64,000 nucleotides of DNA from a virus (lineage: Duplodnaviria; Caudoviricetes), in the IMG/VR virus record IMGVR_UViG_3300037067_002413, positions 64,001 through 128,000 of that record; one strand, 5' to 3'. Of this stretch, positions 37,853 to 48,198 are shown piece by piece; the first letter of the stretch is position 1, and each line of letters begins with the position of its first letter. The notes below the pieces were generated by a model that was given only the letters and a program-made list of their open reading frames with translations, was not told the DNA's origin and made no database searches. The position numbers and the translations under genes are program-made.

Positions 37853-38461
37853 ATGTACGGTGAGCCATTTAATTCTCCCATTAAATTTGAACCGATCATT
37901 GACCATGCCGTCAATTGTCTCAAAGATATAGATTTTGAGACCCTGGTGTTTAGAGGGTTTTCCGGCGCGGTTGTTGGACCCGCCGTAGCCCTGCAATTGA
38001 AAAAAACGTGGGTGCTTGTGCGGAAACCCGGCGATTCGGCGCATAGTTGTAGGAGGATGGAGGGCGGGGTAACTGGCAGATACGTGGTACTTGACGACTT
38101 CATCGACACCGGAAGCACGATTCGAGCAATTATTGAAGCAGTTAATGAATCGTCCATGTGCGATCACGTTTGCGTCGGGGCGTTCCTGTACCAGCCAGGA
38201 TGGTGTGAAAAGGTTTCTCTAGTGGATCGAGATTATTGGCTGGAACGAATCAACGGTGTCAAGATTCTGAATTGGGTATACTCTAAGCCGAAATTGGAAC
38301 CAAAACCGAAACCGAAAAAAGCATACGCCGGCAAGGTATCGTTCAACGGTACACCGTTTGCCGACCTGGCCAAGGTATCGTTCAACGATACATCGTTTGC
38401 CGACCTGGCCAAGACGCCAATCCTTAACGATCTAACTCCTGTCTGCGAACCTGCCTACTAA
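37853..38461 (+). CDS. type I phosphoribosyltransferase
   Basis: VRK, PRPP loop VVLDDFIDTGST; 39-bp tandem duplication at 38333-38410. Confidence 0.85.
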   Translation: MYGEPFNSPIKFEPIIDHAVNCLKDIDFETLVFRGFSGAVVGPAVALQLKKTWVLVRKPGDSAHSCRRMEGGVTGRYVVLDDFIDTGSTIRAIIEAVNESSMCDHVCVGAFLYQPGWCEKVSLVDRDYWLERINGVKILNWVYSKPKLEPKPKPKKAYAGKVSFNGTPFADLAKVSFNDTSFADLAKTPILNDLTPVCEPAY

Positions 38462-38462
38462 A

Positions 38463-39922
38463 ATGATTACTTCTGAAAAAGAAATACAAGCACTCAACGA
38501 CATTATATCTGGAGCCAATGCCAAGGCCCGTGGTATCGAGCGAAGGTACGCCGATTGGATCGCCGATAACGTCAAAGATGATGGCTACGGACGTTGCAAA
38601 GAAGTCACTCGGCAGATGGCCGACGACTTCCCAGAACTCACCCGCGTCCGTGGCCATTATTATTGCTGGGCGTGGGGCGAACGTGCCCATTGGTGGTTGA
38701 CTACTCCCGATGGCAAGATCATCGACCCAACGGCCGACCAGTTCCCATCGAAAGGCAAGGGCGACTACGTTCCGTGGGATGAGGGATCGCCCGAGCCGAG
38801 CGGTATGTGTCCGAACTGCGGCGATCCATGTTATGACGGCAACACCTGCTGTAGCGAATCGTGCTCGAACGCTTACGTGGCCTATTGTTGCAACCCTATC
38901 TGAGTAATGCGTACCATTCCGTTCCAAAATCCAATAGAAGGACAAAACCATGAAACTTACAGAGAAACAAAAATCACAACGTCTTGCCTACCAGGCTGGA
39001 ACCTCCTTCGACAATCTAGGCGACCTGCACGAGCGAGCGCGCTGCGTCAGAATGTTGGCGCAGAAACACCACGGTCAAATTCCGTCTGAATTGTATCAGG
39101 CAATTTTCGATCTGGAATTGGAAGCCAGTTTTTACAATCCGGCCAACCCGCCGTATGGGAGTCGAGAAATATGAACATTCCAATGATAACCAGTTCTGAA
39201 TTGGCTGCAACCGAAGGGTTGGAACATCCGCCCGAGCCAAAAACGCCGCCATTGTGGCCAGACCTGGTTGCTGTAGAACCATGCCTTAACAACCTGGAAT
39301 GTCTGGCGATTGGATTGCATAGGAAGCGCGAAGACATCTACGCTTGGGGAGTCATAAAGTTAGCACTAAGCCTGTTGGTTGGATGGGAAGCAAGGAAATA
39401 CCAACTGCGAACCGCGACGGCGTATGACGTGGCTTACGATTATCTTCTATTTTGTTTTGATACGGGGAAAAGATACCCATTCCAACAGGATGAAGCATGA
39501 ACACAGAACGAGTCTACAAAGTGACAATTCGTGAAGTGACGGACGATCTGCCCGATCTACCTGATCGTTGGCTTTGCAGCGATCACAGCGAACCGCACGG
39601 CTACAAAAGAGGCCAATGATTTTATGTCGAACTTCATGTTGGCAATTTTGGATGTTATGGCCCGTGTGGTCTAGGCGTAGTGCAAACGATCGAGGATGAT
39701 GATTATCCGGTTGCCGATATGCCGTCTTTATTCGTCTTGGATTGCATTCGCAATCAAGGTTGCGGCCGGATGATTATCGAAGCCGCAGGCGAACGATGGC
39801 CCAACATGACCTGGATAGCCACCGATGACTCGGTTGATTTTCATACGGGTTTAGTCAGGGATGGAATTGCCAGGAAGCACGGATGCCATTACGAGTTCGT
39901 TCCAAAATCAGAACGAGCATAA
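38463..39922 (+). other. small hypothetical genes (38463-38903 with C-terminal Zn finger; 38950-39174; 39171-39500; 39680-39922 GNAT-like RNQGCGR)
   Basis: ORF track and coupling. Confidence 0.5.
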
Positions 39923-39975
39923 TTTCCAAGGTTAGAGCGACCTAGTTTGCTGCACCCATATTGAGGAAATTAACT

Positions 39976-40344
39976 ATGAACGCTATCGAAGACCCAATCA
40001 TTACGCCAGAACTTGCGGCCTTAGTTAAAGCCCTCGTACCGACATTGCGAGAGGTCATACGAGAAGAACTCAAGGCCATCAGACCCCTGGATGAACCCTG
40101 GTATGGGCCATCCGAAGTAGCAGCCATGTCATGCGGAAGAGTATCTGCCGAGACGCTGCGAAAATGGCTTCGATATGGACAAATCGACGGGGAATCCAAC
40201 GGCAAACAGGTTTGCATTTACAAGTCAACAATTGATGAATTGCGAAAAAATAAATGGCGTCCAATACGTCAGCCGGACCCATTCAAGATGTCCCCGTCCG
40301 AGAAGAGATCAAGATGTTTACCCAGCCAATCTGTTGCCTCATAG
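39976..40344 (+). CDS. HTH excisionase-like protein
   Basis: WYGPSEVAAM...SAETLRKWLRYGQI (MerR/Xis-type HTH); converges on the integrase. Confidence 0.7.
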   Translation: MNAIEDPIITPELAALVKALVPTLREVIREELKAIRPLDEPWYGPSEVAAMSCGRVSAETLRKWLRYGQIDGESNGKQVCIYKSTIDELRKNKWRPIRQPDPFKMSPSEKRSRCLPSQSVAS

Positions 40345-41516
40345 AGTTCTTCCCAGTTACCGGGATCATAATGTTTTTGCATCTTGGGTGGTTTGTGGGC
40401 CAAGTACATATTGAATAACTCAGTGTTTGTTTTTTTCTTAGCACCCGGATATTTGTTCATAATCAAATCAGCACCAGTTTTTCGGAAATGCTTGAATGAT
40501 CTACCTTTGACGTTGGCTTTTTCTCGCACATGCGCAAAATTTTGCGCAACACTATCTGAAAGTGCTACCTTTTCGCCACGCAATTGACGCAAGACTAGGG
40601 GATTACCATCCCCCGTCAGGAGGACCAATTCACTTTGATCTGGATCAGTGGCTTGAGCTTTCAATGCCGCCAACGTAGAAGGCCACAGTTTCACATGGCG
40701 TGGAACCGTGGCCTTTTTTATTATTTTCGCACGAACTTCTTCAATCATCCCCGTGTCCAAATCGAGGGAATCGTGTTTTAGTCCGGCGATTTCCATCTGG
40801 GTGTAGCCAGCATTGAGTGCCAATAAAATGCACAATTTTGACCGGGCAGAACCATTATTGTATAAAGAATGCACTTCTTCAATCGTAAACACTTGGGCAT
40901 CCGGTTCAGGAAGAGTGACTTTTCGGAAAGTGGATAAGTTCCGGGGCATTTCCTTAATCCTGTTTGTCTCCCACGCCCAGGTGATTAGGGACTTAACCGA
41001 AAAGGTGGCATGGGAAAGACTGTACTTGGACTTGAAATGGTCGCCGGCAAAATCCTTGTACTTCTCCAGAGTGTCAGCATGAATTGCAACTGCTAAAGAA
41101 GCGGCTTTATTTTCTTCACAAAATTTACGAAATAGATTCAACTGAAAACGATAATCCTGATACCGGCCGACTGAAATTTTAGTATCCCCAGAAGTGGCAG
41201 TTCGTTCACGTTGGCGTTCAAGAAAGGCATCAACCAAATGACCAATGGTGACAGGTTTTTGATCCACATTAGAGCGACCATTTTGACCTCCCTTAACCAA
41301 CCAACAGACAATATCCGTCACATCCTCTGGGATGGTCATTGTGCCATTTTGTATGTGCTTGATTTTGGCTACAACTTCGATTTTTTTGGCTACAGCTTCC
41401 TCTTGAGTCGTCGCCAAATGAAATCGTCGTTGACGCTTCTCAAAAGGGTCTGAAAGGATAACCACCCAACTCTTGCTTCCATCTCGATCGGGCTTGACTC
41501 CACGTACAGTTTTCAT
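40269..41516 (-). CDS. int: tyrosine recombinase / integrase
   Basis: Core-binding helices, then LALNAGYTQMEI, KHFRKT, YLAH, KHY. Confidence 0.82.
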   Translation of the reverse strand: MKTVRGVKPDRDGSKSWVVILSDPFEKRQRRFHLATTQEEAVAKKIEVVAKIKHIQNGTMTIPEDVTDIVCWLVKGGQNGRSNVDQKPVTIGHLVDAFLERQRERTATSGDTKISVGRYQDYRFQLNLFRKFCEENKAASLAVAIHADTLEKYKDFAGDHFKSKYSLSHATFSVKSLITWAWETNRIKEMPRNLSTFRKVTLPEPDAQVFTIEEVHSLYNNGSARSKLCILLALNAGYTQMEIAGLKHDSLDLDTGMIEEVRAKIIKKATVPRHVKLWPSTLAALKAQATDPDQSELVLLTGDGNPLVLRQLRGEKVALSDSVAQNFAHVREKANVKGRSFKHFRKTGADLIMNKYPGAKKKTNTELFNMYLAHKPPKMQKHYDPGNWEELYEATDWLGKHLDLFSDGDILNGSG

Positions 41517-41935
41517 ATTGTTTCTCGTGAATAATTTGTGTAATATGCTGTGAGATTGAAAAACCGTCAGATGACTTTTTAAGCATATACGCAAATAGCG
41601 TATATGTCAAGCGTTCCCTCCACTTTTCCTACCAGTACAACTCAGACCCCGGCACCACATTTTAGTACCTACAGAATTAGTAACTTGTTACACGGTAAGG
41701 ATTTAGAGGTAATGAAAGGTATCAGGTATGTACCCCAGAAGAAGGTACGAAAAACAATGGCATTGTGATGTAGTCGATTTTCACAAAGCCTTATCTGATA
41801 AGAACTTACGACCGTTTCTGGTGTCGTAAAATTGGCTTGCCACCACTTTTCCCCCACTTATACCTCTAGGATACCTTTAAGACACATAGATTGCGTAAGA
41901 TGGGTGGTGTTTGCCGAAATAACCGATACAACCTG

Positions 41936-42008
41936 TGGAGGATAAGGGAATTGAACCCTCGACCTTCTGAGTGCCACTCAGACGCTCTCCCAACTGAGCT
42001 AATCCCCC
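41936..42008 (-). tRNA. tRNA-Ala(GGC), candidate att site
   Basis: GGGGGAT/ATCCTCC acceptor with G3:U70, A73, loop gt-GGC-ac, T-loop ttcaatt. Confidence 0.93.
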
Positions 42009-42210
42009 AAAGAAAACCTGACTGTTTCCAGCCAGGTTCCCTACGACACGCAACAACGCAGGAGCGTCATCCGGGGTGCCGTCCCGTAAAAGGAAGACGA
42101 CACAATACTACACCACAAACTGCAACCTTGCAAGCCCAAAACAACCAGCCAAGAGTTGTCTAAATCGTTGTCTAAATGTTCCCTCCCGAGGAACGCTTAG
42201 ACAACAAACG

Positions 42211-42244
42211 AGAAAGCCCCGGCCATCTTCGACCGGGGCTTTCT
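42211..42244. terminator. bidirectional intrinsic terminator-like hairpin
   Basis: agaaagccccgg...ccggggctttct. Confidence 0.6.
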
Positions 42245-42710
42245 CTTGCGCGAAGGTTCCGAGGCATACTTGAACCTTCTTACACCGTATCGTTTCAATC
42301 CACGGCCGTCCTTGGCCGACGATACAACTTCACAGTCAGAAACCCAAGGACGGCAACTCCATTCCAAGCAACCCAAAAGGCGAAACCGAGACCTGCCAGA
42401 ACGCCACTTACGGCACCCACTGATAGGAGGGCTACGATCGTTGGTTCAAGGTTCTCTTTGCCTGTCAGTTCGGTGCAATAATCCTTCATTGCTTCCGTCC
42501 AGTTTTTGTGGAAATTGTCCATCCGTGAGTTCCTTTCTGATGGCGTAGAATATCGGGTTGCCAAAAAAGAATCAATAGCAAAATTTCTCGGCTTGACATT
42601 GATTTGTGTGCTATAGTTGTCTCGTGAAACGTCGGGTATTTGTAAAATTGCCCAGACGCCTTATTTTATCCAGGCAACCAAGCCGATACTTATTATGGAA
42701 GGAGCCACCC

Positions 42711-42890
42711 ATGCTCGTTTTATCCAGGACACGGAATGAATCCATCGTAATCAACGACGACATCATAGTCACAGTGATTGATGTTCGAGGCGATAAAGTC
42801 AGACTTGGAGTTGAAGCCCCAAAGGAAGTGCCAGTCCACCGGCGGGAGGTCTTCGACAAGATTCATCAGGAGGCATTGGCAAAGCCATGA
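42711..42890 (+). CDS. csrA: carbon storage regulator CsrA
   Basis: MLVLSR...ESIVI.DDI.VTV..VRGDKVRLGVEAPKEVPVHRREV; AAGGAG RBS. Confidence 0.95.
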   Translation: MLVLSRTRNESIVINDDIIVTVIDVRGDKVRLGVEAPKEVPVHRREVFDKIHQEALAKP

Positions 42891-43126
42891 TAAAATCAGT
42901 ATCCCTCGGAATAGGGGCATTCCTACTAATCCTGGGTTTGACATTACATGCTGTTGACAGTTATACTGTACGGCCGAAAGTCGAGGCGACAAGCACGTTC
43001 GGCTTTACGCCGGAACCCAAGGTCGTAACGCCAGAGCCTTGGAAGCCTTGGGCCTACATTGGCGCAGGCGTCGTGTTGTGCCTGTGGACTTGCACGTTGC
43101 CCGCGAAGATCAACGGCAAGAAGTAA
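42887..43126 (+). CDS. 2-TM membrane protein (paralogue of 45511-45780)
   Basis: TM-VD...P.W.PW-TM architecture. Confidence 0.65.
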   Translation: MIKSVSLGIGAFLLILGLTLHAVDSYTVRPKVEATSTFGFTPEPKVVTPEPWKPWAYIGAGVVLCLWTCTLPAKINGKK

Positions 43127-43186
43127 GATCAACAGTTGGAGTGGCTCGCATTCGGCAAACTCACCATTAGCCAGTGCAGGTCATTT

Positions 43187-43294
43187 TGTGGCGGTGGGGA
43201 ATGAGGACGGGATGCTAGTCCCACGTTTTGAGAGTTTCAACGCTTTCTCCGCTGGGTCAAGTCCAAATTCCGGCTTCTACACCCTGCCGCCACA
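43187..43294 (+). ncRNA. candidate structured RNA closed by a 13-bp stem
   Basis: tgtggcggtgggg/ccctgccgccaca, intergenic. Confidence 0.5.
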
Positions 43295-43343
43295 TTTAAT
43301 ATCTATGATTGACACGGGCCGATCTCCTAGTTAAATTAGGGGT

Positions 43344-44247
43344 ATGATCGAATATGCTCCTAATAAATTCTTCGTTGCCCATTGGTTCGTCGATCAACCT
43401 TCCGACGTTTATAGAAGGTTGACCGGCGTGGCGAACATGAACTGGATCGCCGCCGTCTGGCGCAATCCCGATGAACGGTATGAACTGAAATATCGCTTCG
43501 CCTATTATGACAACCGAGAAAGACACATCCGTTCAAGTTGGATGAATGTCTCATTCGAGTCGAATGTAGACATCCAAAAGGTGATCTTCGGCGTTGATAT
43601 GCTCGCCAAGAAGGTTTCGGAACAAAACGGAGGAAGTCATCGGGAACGAGTAGACCTCAATCTGTCAGGTGACAAGGCGATCGAGAAACTTCTGCAAAAG
43701 CCGTGGATGCGAATCATCGCAACTCAAGCGGAGATGAATTGATGCTCACCAAAGAAAAACTTGACAAGATGAAATGCAGCATACCTGGCTGCAAATGCGA
43801 CTCGCGCGATGGATTCTTTTTTCATGGTCGATGCCACCAAAGCGATCGCGTTACAGCCTTCTATGACAACGAAATGCTTGAAGTAGCCTGTGCGGAATGC
43901 GGCCGTCCGATCGCGGACGTGAAAGTCACAGACTATAAAGGCTTTGGTTTTCTCAAAGGGAAATGCCACGATAGTACGGTCAAGGTCTTCTACGTCAATG
44001 GCACACTTTCAATTATGTGCGCCAAATGCAACAATCCGATCGCCACGATCGCGGTAGCGCAATGACGCCTTATCAAATCAAACAGGTCGCCAAGAAACTG
44101 TATAAGTCGAACGAAAAAACTTGCGACCTGCTGCAAAAGTTAGCCAACGACGATAACCCTCTGGCTAACGACCTAGCAGAAGTATTGAAAGACAATCAAC
44201 TAGGAGGTAGGGTTGACGTTGAAAGTTGCCTGGAGGACTTGCTTTAG
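43344..44247 (+). other. three hypothetical genes (43344-43742; 43742-44065 with duplicated CH...CAxC Zn motifs; 44062-44247)
   Basis: Coupled ORFs. Confidence 0.55.
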
Positions 44248-44644
44248 GCTTGATGATTCTTAGGGAACGGAATTCTTTGACCGTCCAGTTCAGCCAGGCT
44301 GATGAATTCCAAATTCGTGCCATCGAAGAGGTAATAACCGTCCTCGTCTATCCATACTGGTTCAACACATCGTACTCGTGTTGGCAGACACTTCTTCTTC
44401 ACGCGATGGACGATCTTATTTGCCACCAAGCGTCCGTTCGCCTTGTCAAAAGACACTAGAGGTCGATCGCCGGCTAGAAATTCAAGATACCACTTGAGAT
44501 GCGAGGGCTTCATCTGGACGAGGTTGCCTGGAATCCATTCACCGTTCACCCTGTATTCAACTCGATAGGTCTTCATTTGATTCTCCATAAAAAGAAAGCC
44601 GCCAGGGGTCGCCTGACGGCTTTCTTGAGGGACGCAGGAAGGGA

Positions 44645-45388
44645 TCATCCGGCGTTGTGAAACAACTTCATGTGCTTGGCGTCGAGTTTCTTGCCTAACT
44701 CGGCGTGTTCAGCCTGCTTCAATTCAAGGGCAGCGCGACGAACAGCCAGATTGTTAGTCTGAGCCGAATACGCGCGTTGCTCTTTTGCTAAAACCAACTT
44801 GGCATGAAGATCATTCTGGTCAGTTGCCTTGATCTTCTCGGCCAACTTCTCCGATTTGGTCATCAGTTCGTTGGCCTCTTTGTCCAGACGGGAGTTCTCC
44901 TTGTTCAGCCGGCAATCCTCGGCTTCCCAAAGAACCTTCTCCACGTCGTAGACCGGCTTGCGAACCAACGTGTTGGTGACGAACAGCGCGGACTTTTCCA
45001 GAACTTTCTTGCACTCGTGCTTTGCAACCTTATCGCAAACCGGCAACTGAGTAGCCGGGCCGCAGGCCGGTGGCAACTTGGCAACAGGGCCGCAGGCTTT
45101 CGGCAAGTGTTTAGCCGGGCCGCAGGCTGGCGGCAGCGAAGAAGCCGGAGCAGTGACGGGCGGCAAATGAGCAGCCGGACCACAGACGGACGGAGCAACT
45201 TCGTGCAAACGGAATGATGTGATCGTCTTCGCTTCGGTTTTCGCTTCGGTCTTTTCAACCTTTGGTTCCGCGACAGTCGCGGTGACCGTCGCAGTGACGG
45301 TTCCCGGAACTGGCGGCAGATTGTCGGCCGAAGCAGCCGACGCATACGCCAAGACCGACAACGCGGTCAACAAATAGAAACTTCTCAT
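44645..45388 (-). CDS. secreted protein with LPPACGPA Cys repeats and a coiled coil
   Basis: AGGAG RBS, signal peptide, about six CGP/CDK units. Confidence 0.75.
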   Translation of the reverse strand: MRSFYLLTALSVLAYASAASADNLPPVPGTVTATVTATVAEPKVEKTEAKTEAKTITSFRLHEVAPSVCGPAAHLPPVTAPASSLPPACGPAKHLPKACGPVAKLPPACGPATQLPVCDKVAKHECKKVLEKSALFVTNTLVRKPVYDVEKVLWEAEDCRLNKENSRLDKEANELMTKSEKLAEKIKATDQNDLHAKLVLAKEQRAYSAQTNNLAVRRAALELKQAEHAELGKKLDAKHMKLFHNAG

Positions 45389-45510
45389 CTCGCTTCTCCT
45401 TAAAGTAAATTGGCTTCCGCGATGTGCGGATGCGCCTAACCAAGGAATCGGTTGGTATCTTGGGGAAACTGTGGAAACTATTCACGCGCCTGCAAAATCG
45501 TTACAGTTGG

Positions 45511-45780
45511 TCACCCGCCGGGTTTTTGCATTCCAATCGCATGAAGCATGAGGATTGCGCCAAGGCTAATACACAGGAAACGCGGCCAGGTGGGAATGAC
45601 GATGGTTTTCTTCACGCCGACCGTGGAGACCAGAAGTCCTCCTTCACTAGGGGGCGTTTCCGATTGCTGTGCGAGGAACCTTGTGGATTCCTCATTGAGG
45701 GTGACGGCATCCACCTTTAGGATCGTAATCCCAAACAGCAGAAAAATCGTTCCGAGTGCCATGTAATGATTTCTGTTCAT
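45511..45780 (-). CDS. 2-TM membrane protein
   Basis: MNRNHY..LG...LL.G....VD.V.L. Confidence 0.65.
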   Translation of the reverse strand: MNRNHYMALGTIFLLFGITILKVDAVTLNEESTRFLAQQSETPPSEGGLLVSTVGVKKTIVIPTWPRFLCISLGAILMLHAIGMQKPGG

Positions 45781-45975
45781 GCTTATTAGATCGAATTGCT
45801 TTATGCCAGACTGAAATAGTTGATGGAAGACTAGAAAAATCGGAAAAACAAATACAATCCTACCTTTTTGTATTTTATCCCGGAAAAGTTTTCCTAATCG
45901 TATTTGCTTCCCGAAAAAGGCAACCTACCTTTCCATATCGAAATAAACGTCACGCCTTACCCCTTGAGGAAATGT

Positions 45976-46761
45976 ATGAACAACATGACTGATGAAGAAT
46001 TGCTGACCAAGTACCTGGAGACCAAGAACAATGAAGTCTATGCGGTTCTCGACGAAAAGATGCGACCTCGACTTCATTCCTTTGGAGTGCGCCTGACTCG
46101 ATCCCGCGACGATGCCGACGACATCGTGCAAGAAGCGATGTTAAAACTACTCGAACTTGATCTGCCCAACGAACCTATCAGATCGGCCGAAAGTTTCCTG
46201 TTCCGAATGATGCAAAACATCTACGTTGACCAGAAACGATCAGAAAAGCAAAGCATAAGAGACGGAATGGTTTCTCTTGATGCCATCTTGGACTCGGAAG
46301 AGGACAATAGTTTTGCCGCTCGGAGGACTGATGCCGCTAATTTTCCAGATAAGGATACCGTATTAACGCAATCTCAAGTTCGTGCCAAAGAACTACAAAA
46401 AGAAACACGAATAGCACTTGACGTATTGCCCACTAAACAGAAAGAGGCAATTGAACTTTGCCATTGTCGTAGTATGACGGCAGGAGAAACAGCAACAATA
46501 CTAGGAACATTGGAAACCACGATCGAAATGCGAGTAAAACGTGGAATCAAAACACTACGAAAAACTCTAGGTGCAAAACCCAAGAGTCGCCCGGCAAAGA
46601 GGCCGGTCAACGCCACCAACTGTTCTGGCGAAGTAGTTCACAGTTTTCCCACTGTCCAAGATGCGGTGAGAGCGGGGTTCAGTTCTAGCCGGCTGTACTG
46701 TTCCCTAAATCACGGGAAAACCTACCGTGACCTGAATTGGAGTTACGCCAATGCGACGTAA
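45976..46761 (+). CDS. ECF-type sigma factor with extra C-terminal (NUMOD1-like) domain
   Basis: TDEELL, DADDIVQEAMLK, FLFRMMQN.YVD..R, LP.KQKEAI.L, ETATILG....TI..R..RG. Confidence 0.82.
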   Translation: MNNMTDEELLTKYLETKNNEVYAVLDEKMRPRLHSFGVRLTRSRDDADDIVQEAMLKLLELDLPNEPIRSAESFLFRMMQNIYVDQKRSEKQSIRDGMVSLDAILDSEEDNSFAARRTDAANFPDKDTVLTQSQVRAKELQKETRIALDVLPTKQKEAIELCHCRSMTAGETATILGTLETTIEMRVKRGIKTLRKTLGAKPKSRPAKRPVNATNCSGEVVHSFPTVQDAVRAGFSSSRLYCSLNHGKTYRDLNWSYANAT

Positions 46762-46978
46762 ACCCTACACCGAGAAAGGAATCAGCCGGGTGCCCTGCTT
46801 TCGTTGTGGCAGGCCATCCGTGTTCCAATGGCAAATTTGCGCTGATGATCGTGTCTACCGAGGCATGTGCGAAGACTGCGATATTGCCATGAACGATCTC
46901 GTATTGCGTTTTGTACGCGATCCCGATCGGGAACAAAAGATGAAAAAGTACCGCGAACGTGTCGTACAAACCTTATAA
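46751..46978 (+). CDS. small Zn-finger protein
   Basis: CFRCG...CEDCD. Confidence 0.6.
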   Translation: MRRKPYTEKGISRVPCFRCGRPSVFQWQICADDRVYRGMCEDCDIAMNDLVLRFVRDPDREQKMKKYRERVVQTL

Positions 46979-47010
46979 CCTAACCCTTTATTACCGAACG
47001 GGAATACCAA

Positions 47011-48060
47011 ATGAGTATTGAATCAAGAATTGCAGAAATTGAATGTATCCGTGGTGCCAACGACCAGCAGGTTGCCGAACATGGCCGTCTATTGATGATG
47101 CGTGACGAGCGGAACGCCGGCCGGGCGGTCGAAGTCCTTGACGACGGTTTTGTCCACCTAGTCGATCACATGGGAGGCGACCATGCGATCGTCCAGTCTG
47201 CCCGCGTGAGTTACGGGGACGGGACGAAAAGTGTCAGCGACGATCGTTCGCTGATCCGTTACCTGGTTCAACATAAACATACGACGCCGCTGGAAATGTG
47301 TGAGATGAAATTCCATGTTCGCGTCCCGATGGACACCTGGCGGCAATGGATCAGGCACCGAACGGCCAGTGTCAACGAATACTCGACCCGTTACAGCGTG
47401 GCGATCGACTCGATGCAAAACACCGAGCAGGATTGGCGATTGCAAGCCGACACCAACAAGCAGGGATCAATGCCCGGTGAATTGATGTGGCCCGAAGGCT
47501 ACAAGGTCGAACCTCCGAACGATGGATCGTCCGGTGCCGTGGTGTTGGACAATGGGCGTCCCCGAATGCTCACGAGCGGCGACACGATGACGCCGAACGA
47601 ATATCTTTCTGCAAGGGAAGTCATCTTCCAGAAGGAAGCACGGCACGTCTACGAGGAACGATTGAAGTTCGGCGTTGCCCGCGAGCAGGCCCGCAAGGAT
47701 TTGCCACTAAGCACGTACACCGAGGCGTATTGGAAGATCGACCTTCACAATCTTCTACACTTCCTAGAACTGCGAATGGAGAAACACGCGCAGTTCGAGA
47801 TTAGACTGTACGCCAATGCGATTGCCCAACTCATCAAACCCATCGTGCCCGTGACGTGGGAGGCGTTTGAGGATTACTGCCTCAATGCCATGACATTGAG
47901 CATCGCCGAGCAGAACGAGATCAGGCAAGCCCTGCATCCCACCTGGACTGTTTGCAAGAAGGCCATGAGTAGCCGGGAGCGGACGGAGTTGGAAACCAAG
48001 ATGGAATGCCTTGGCATAGAACCATTGCTGTATCCGTCAGATGAGGGATTGTCGTCGTGA
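47011..48060 (+). CDS. thyX: FAD-dependent thymidylate synthase
   Basis: RHRTASVNEYSTRY signature, H.TPLE, REQAR..LP, HAQFEIR. Confidence 0.95.
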   Translation: MSIESRIAEIECIRGANDQQVAEHGRLLMMRDERNAGRAVEVLDDGFVHLVDHMGGDHAIVQSARVSYGDGTKSVSDDRSLIRYLVQHKHTTPLEMCEMKFHVRVPMDTWRQWIRHRTASVNEYSTRYSVAIDSMQNTEQDWRLQADTNKQGSMPGELMWPEGYKVEPPNDGSSGAVVLDNGRPRMLTSGDTMTPNEYLSAREVIFQKEARHVYEERLKFGVAREQARKDLPLSTYTEAYWKIDLHNLLHFLELRMEKHAQFEIRLYANAIAQLIKPIVPVTWEAFEDYCLNAMTLSIAEQNEIRQALHPTWTVCKKAMSSRERTELETKMECLGIEPLLYPSDEGLSS

Positions 48061-48061
48061 T

Positions 48062-48110
48062 AGGAAAGTTCACTTTAACCGGAAAGTTTTTGTAACCGTC
48101 AAACTTTATC
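48062..48110 (+). promoter_or_regulatory. iteron block upstream of the RAMP gene (copy of 37752-37804)
   Basis: ggaaagttcactttaaccggaaagtttttgtaaccgtcaaacttt. Confidence 0.6.
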
Positions 48111-48198
48111 TATGTAATAGACGAAACTCATTATACCCAGATTCACAAACCATTTCGGTTTGACTGGTTTTAAGGTTCCCTAGAGTAAGGAAAGAATT

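Noticed and set aside
38333-38413. 39-bp tandem duplication in the PRTase tail
   Set aside because: Real, but a simple in-frame duplication in a likely disordered C-terminus with no evidence of wider function
46537-46557. Possible self-target: spacer 49852-49924 read as NNx ends in K-R-G-I-K-T-L, a peptide present in the ECF sigma factor
   Set aside because: At DNA level only 5 of those 7 dinucleotides match (cgt vs AG, cta vs TT) and the upstream 8 mostly do not; this is consistent with chance. No convincing in-window target was found by eye
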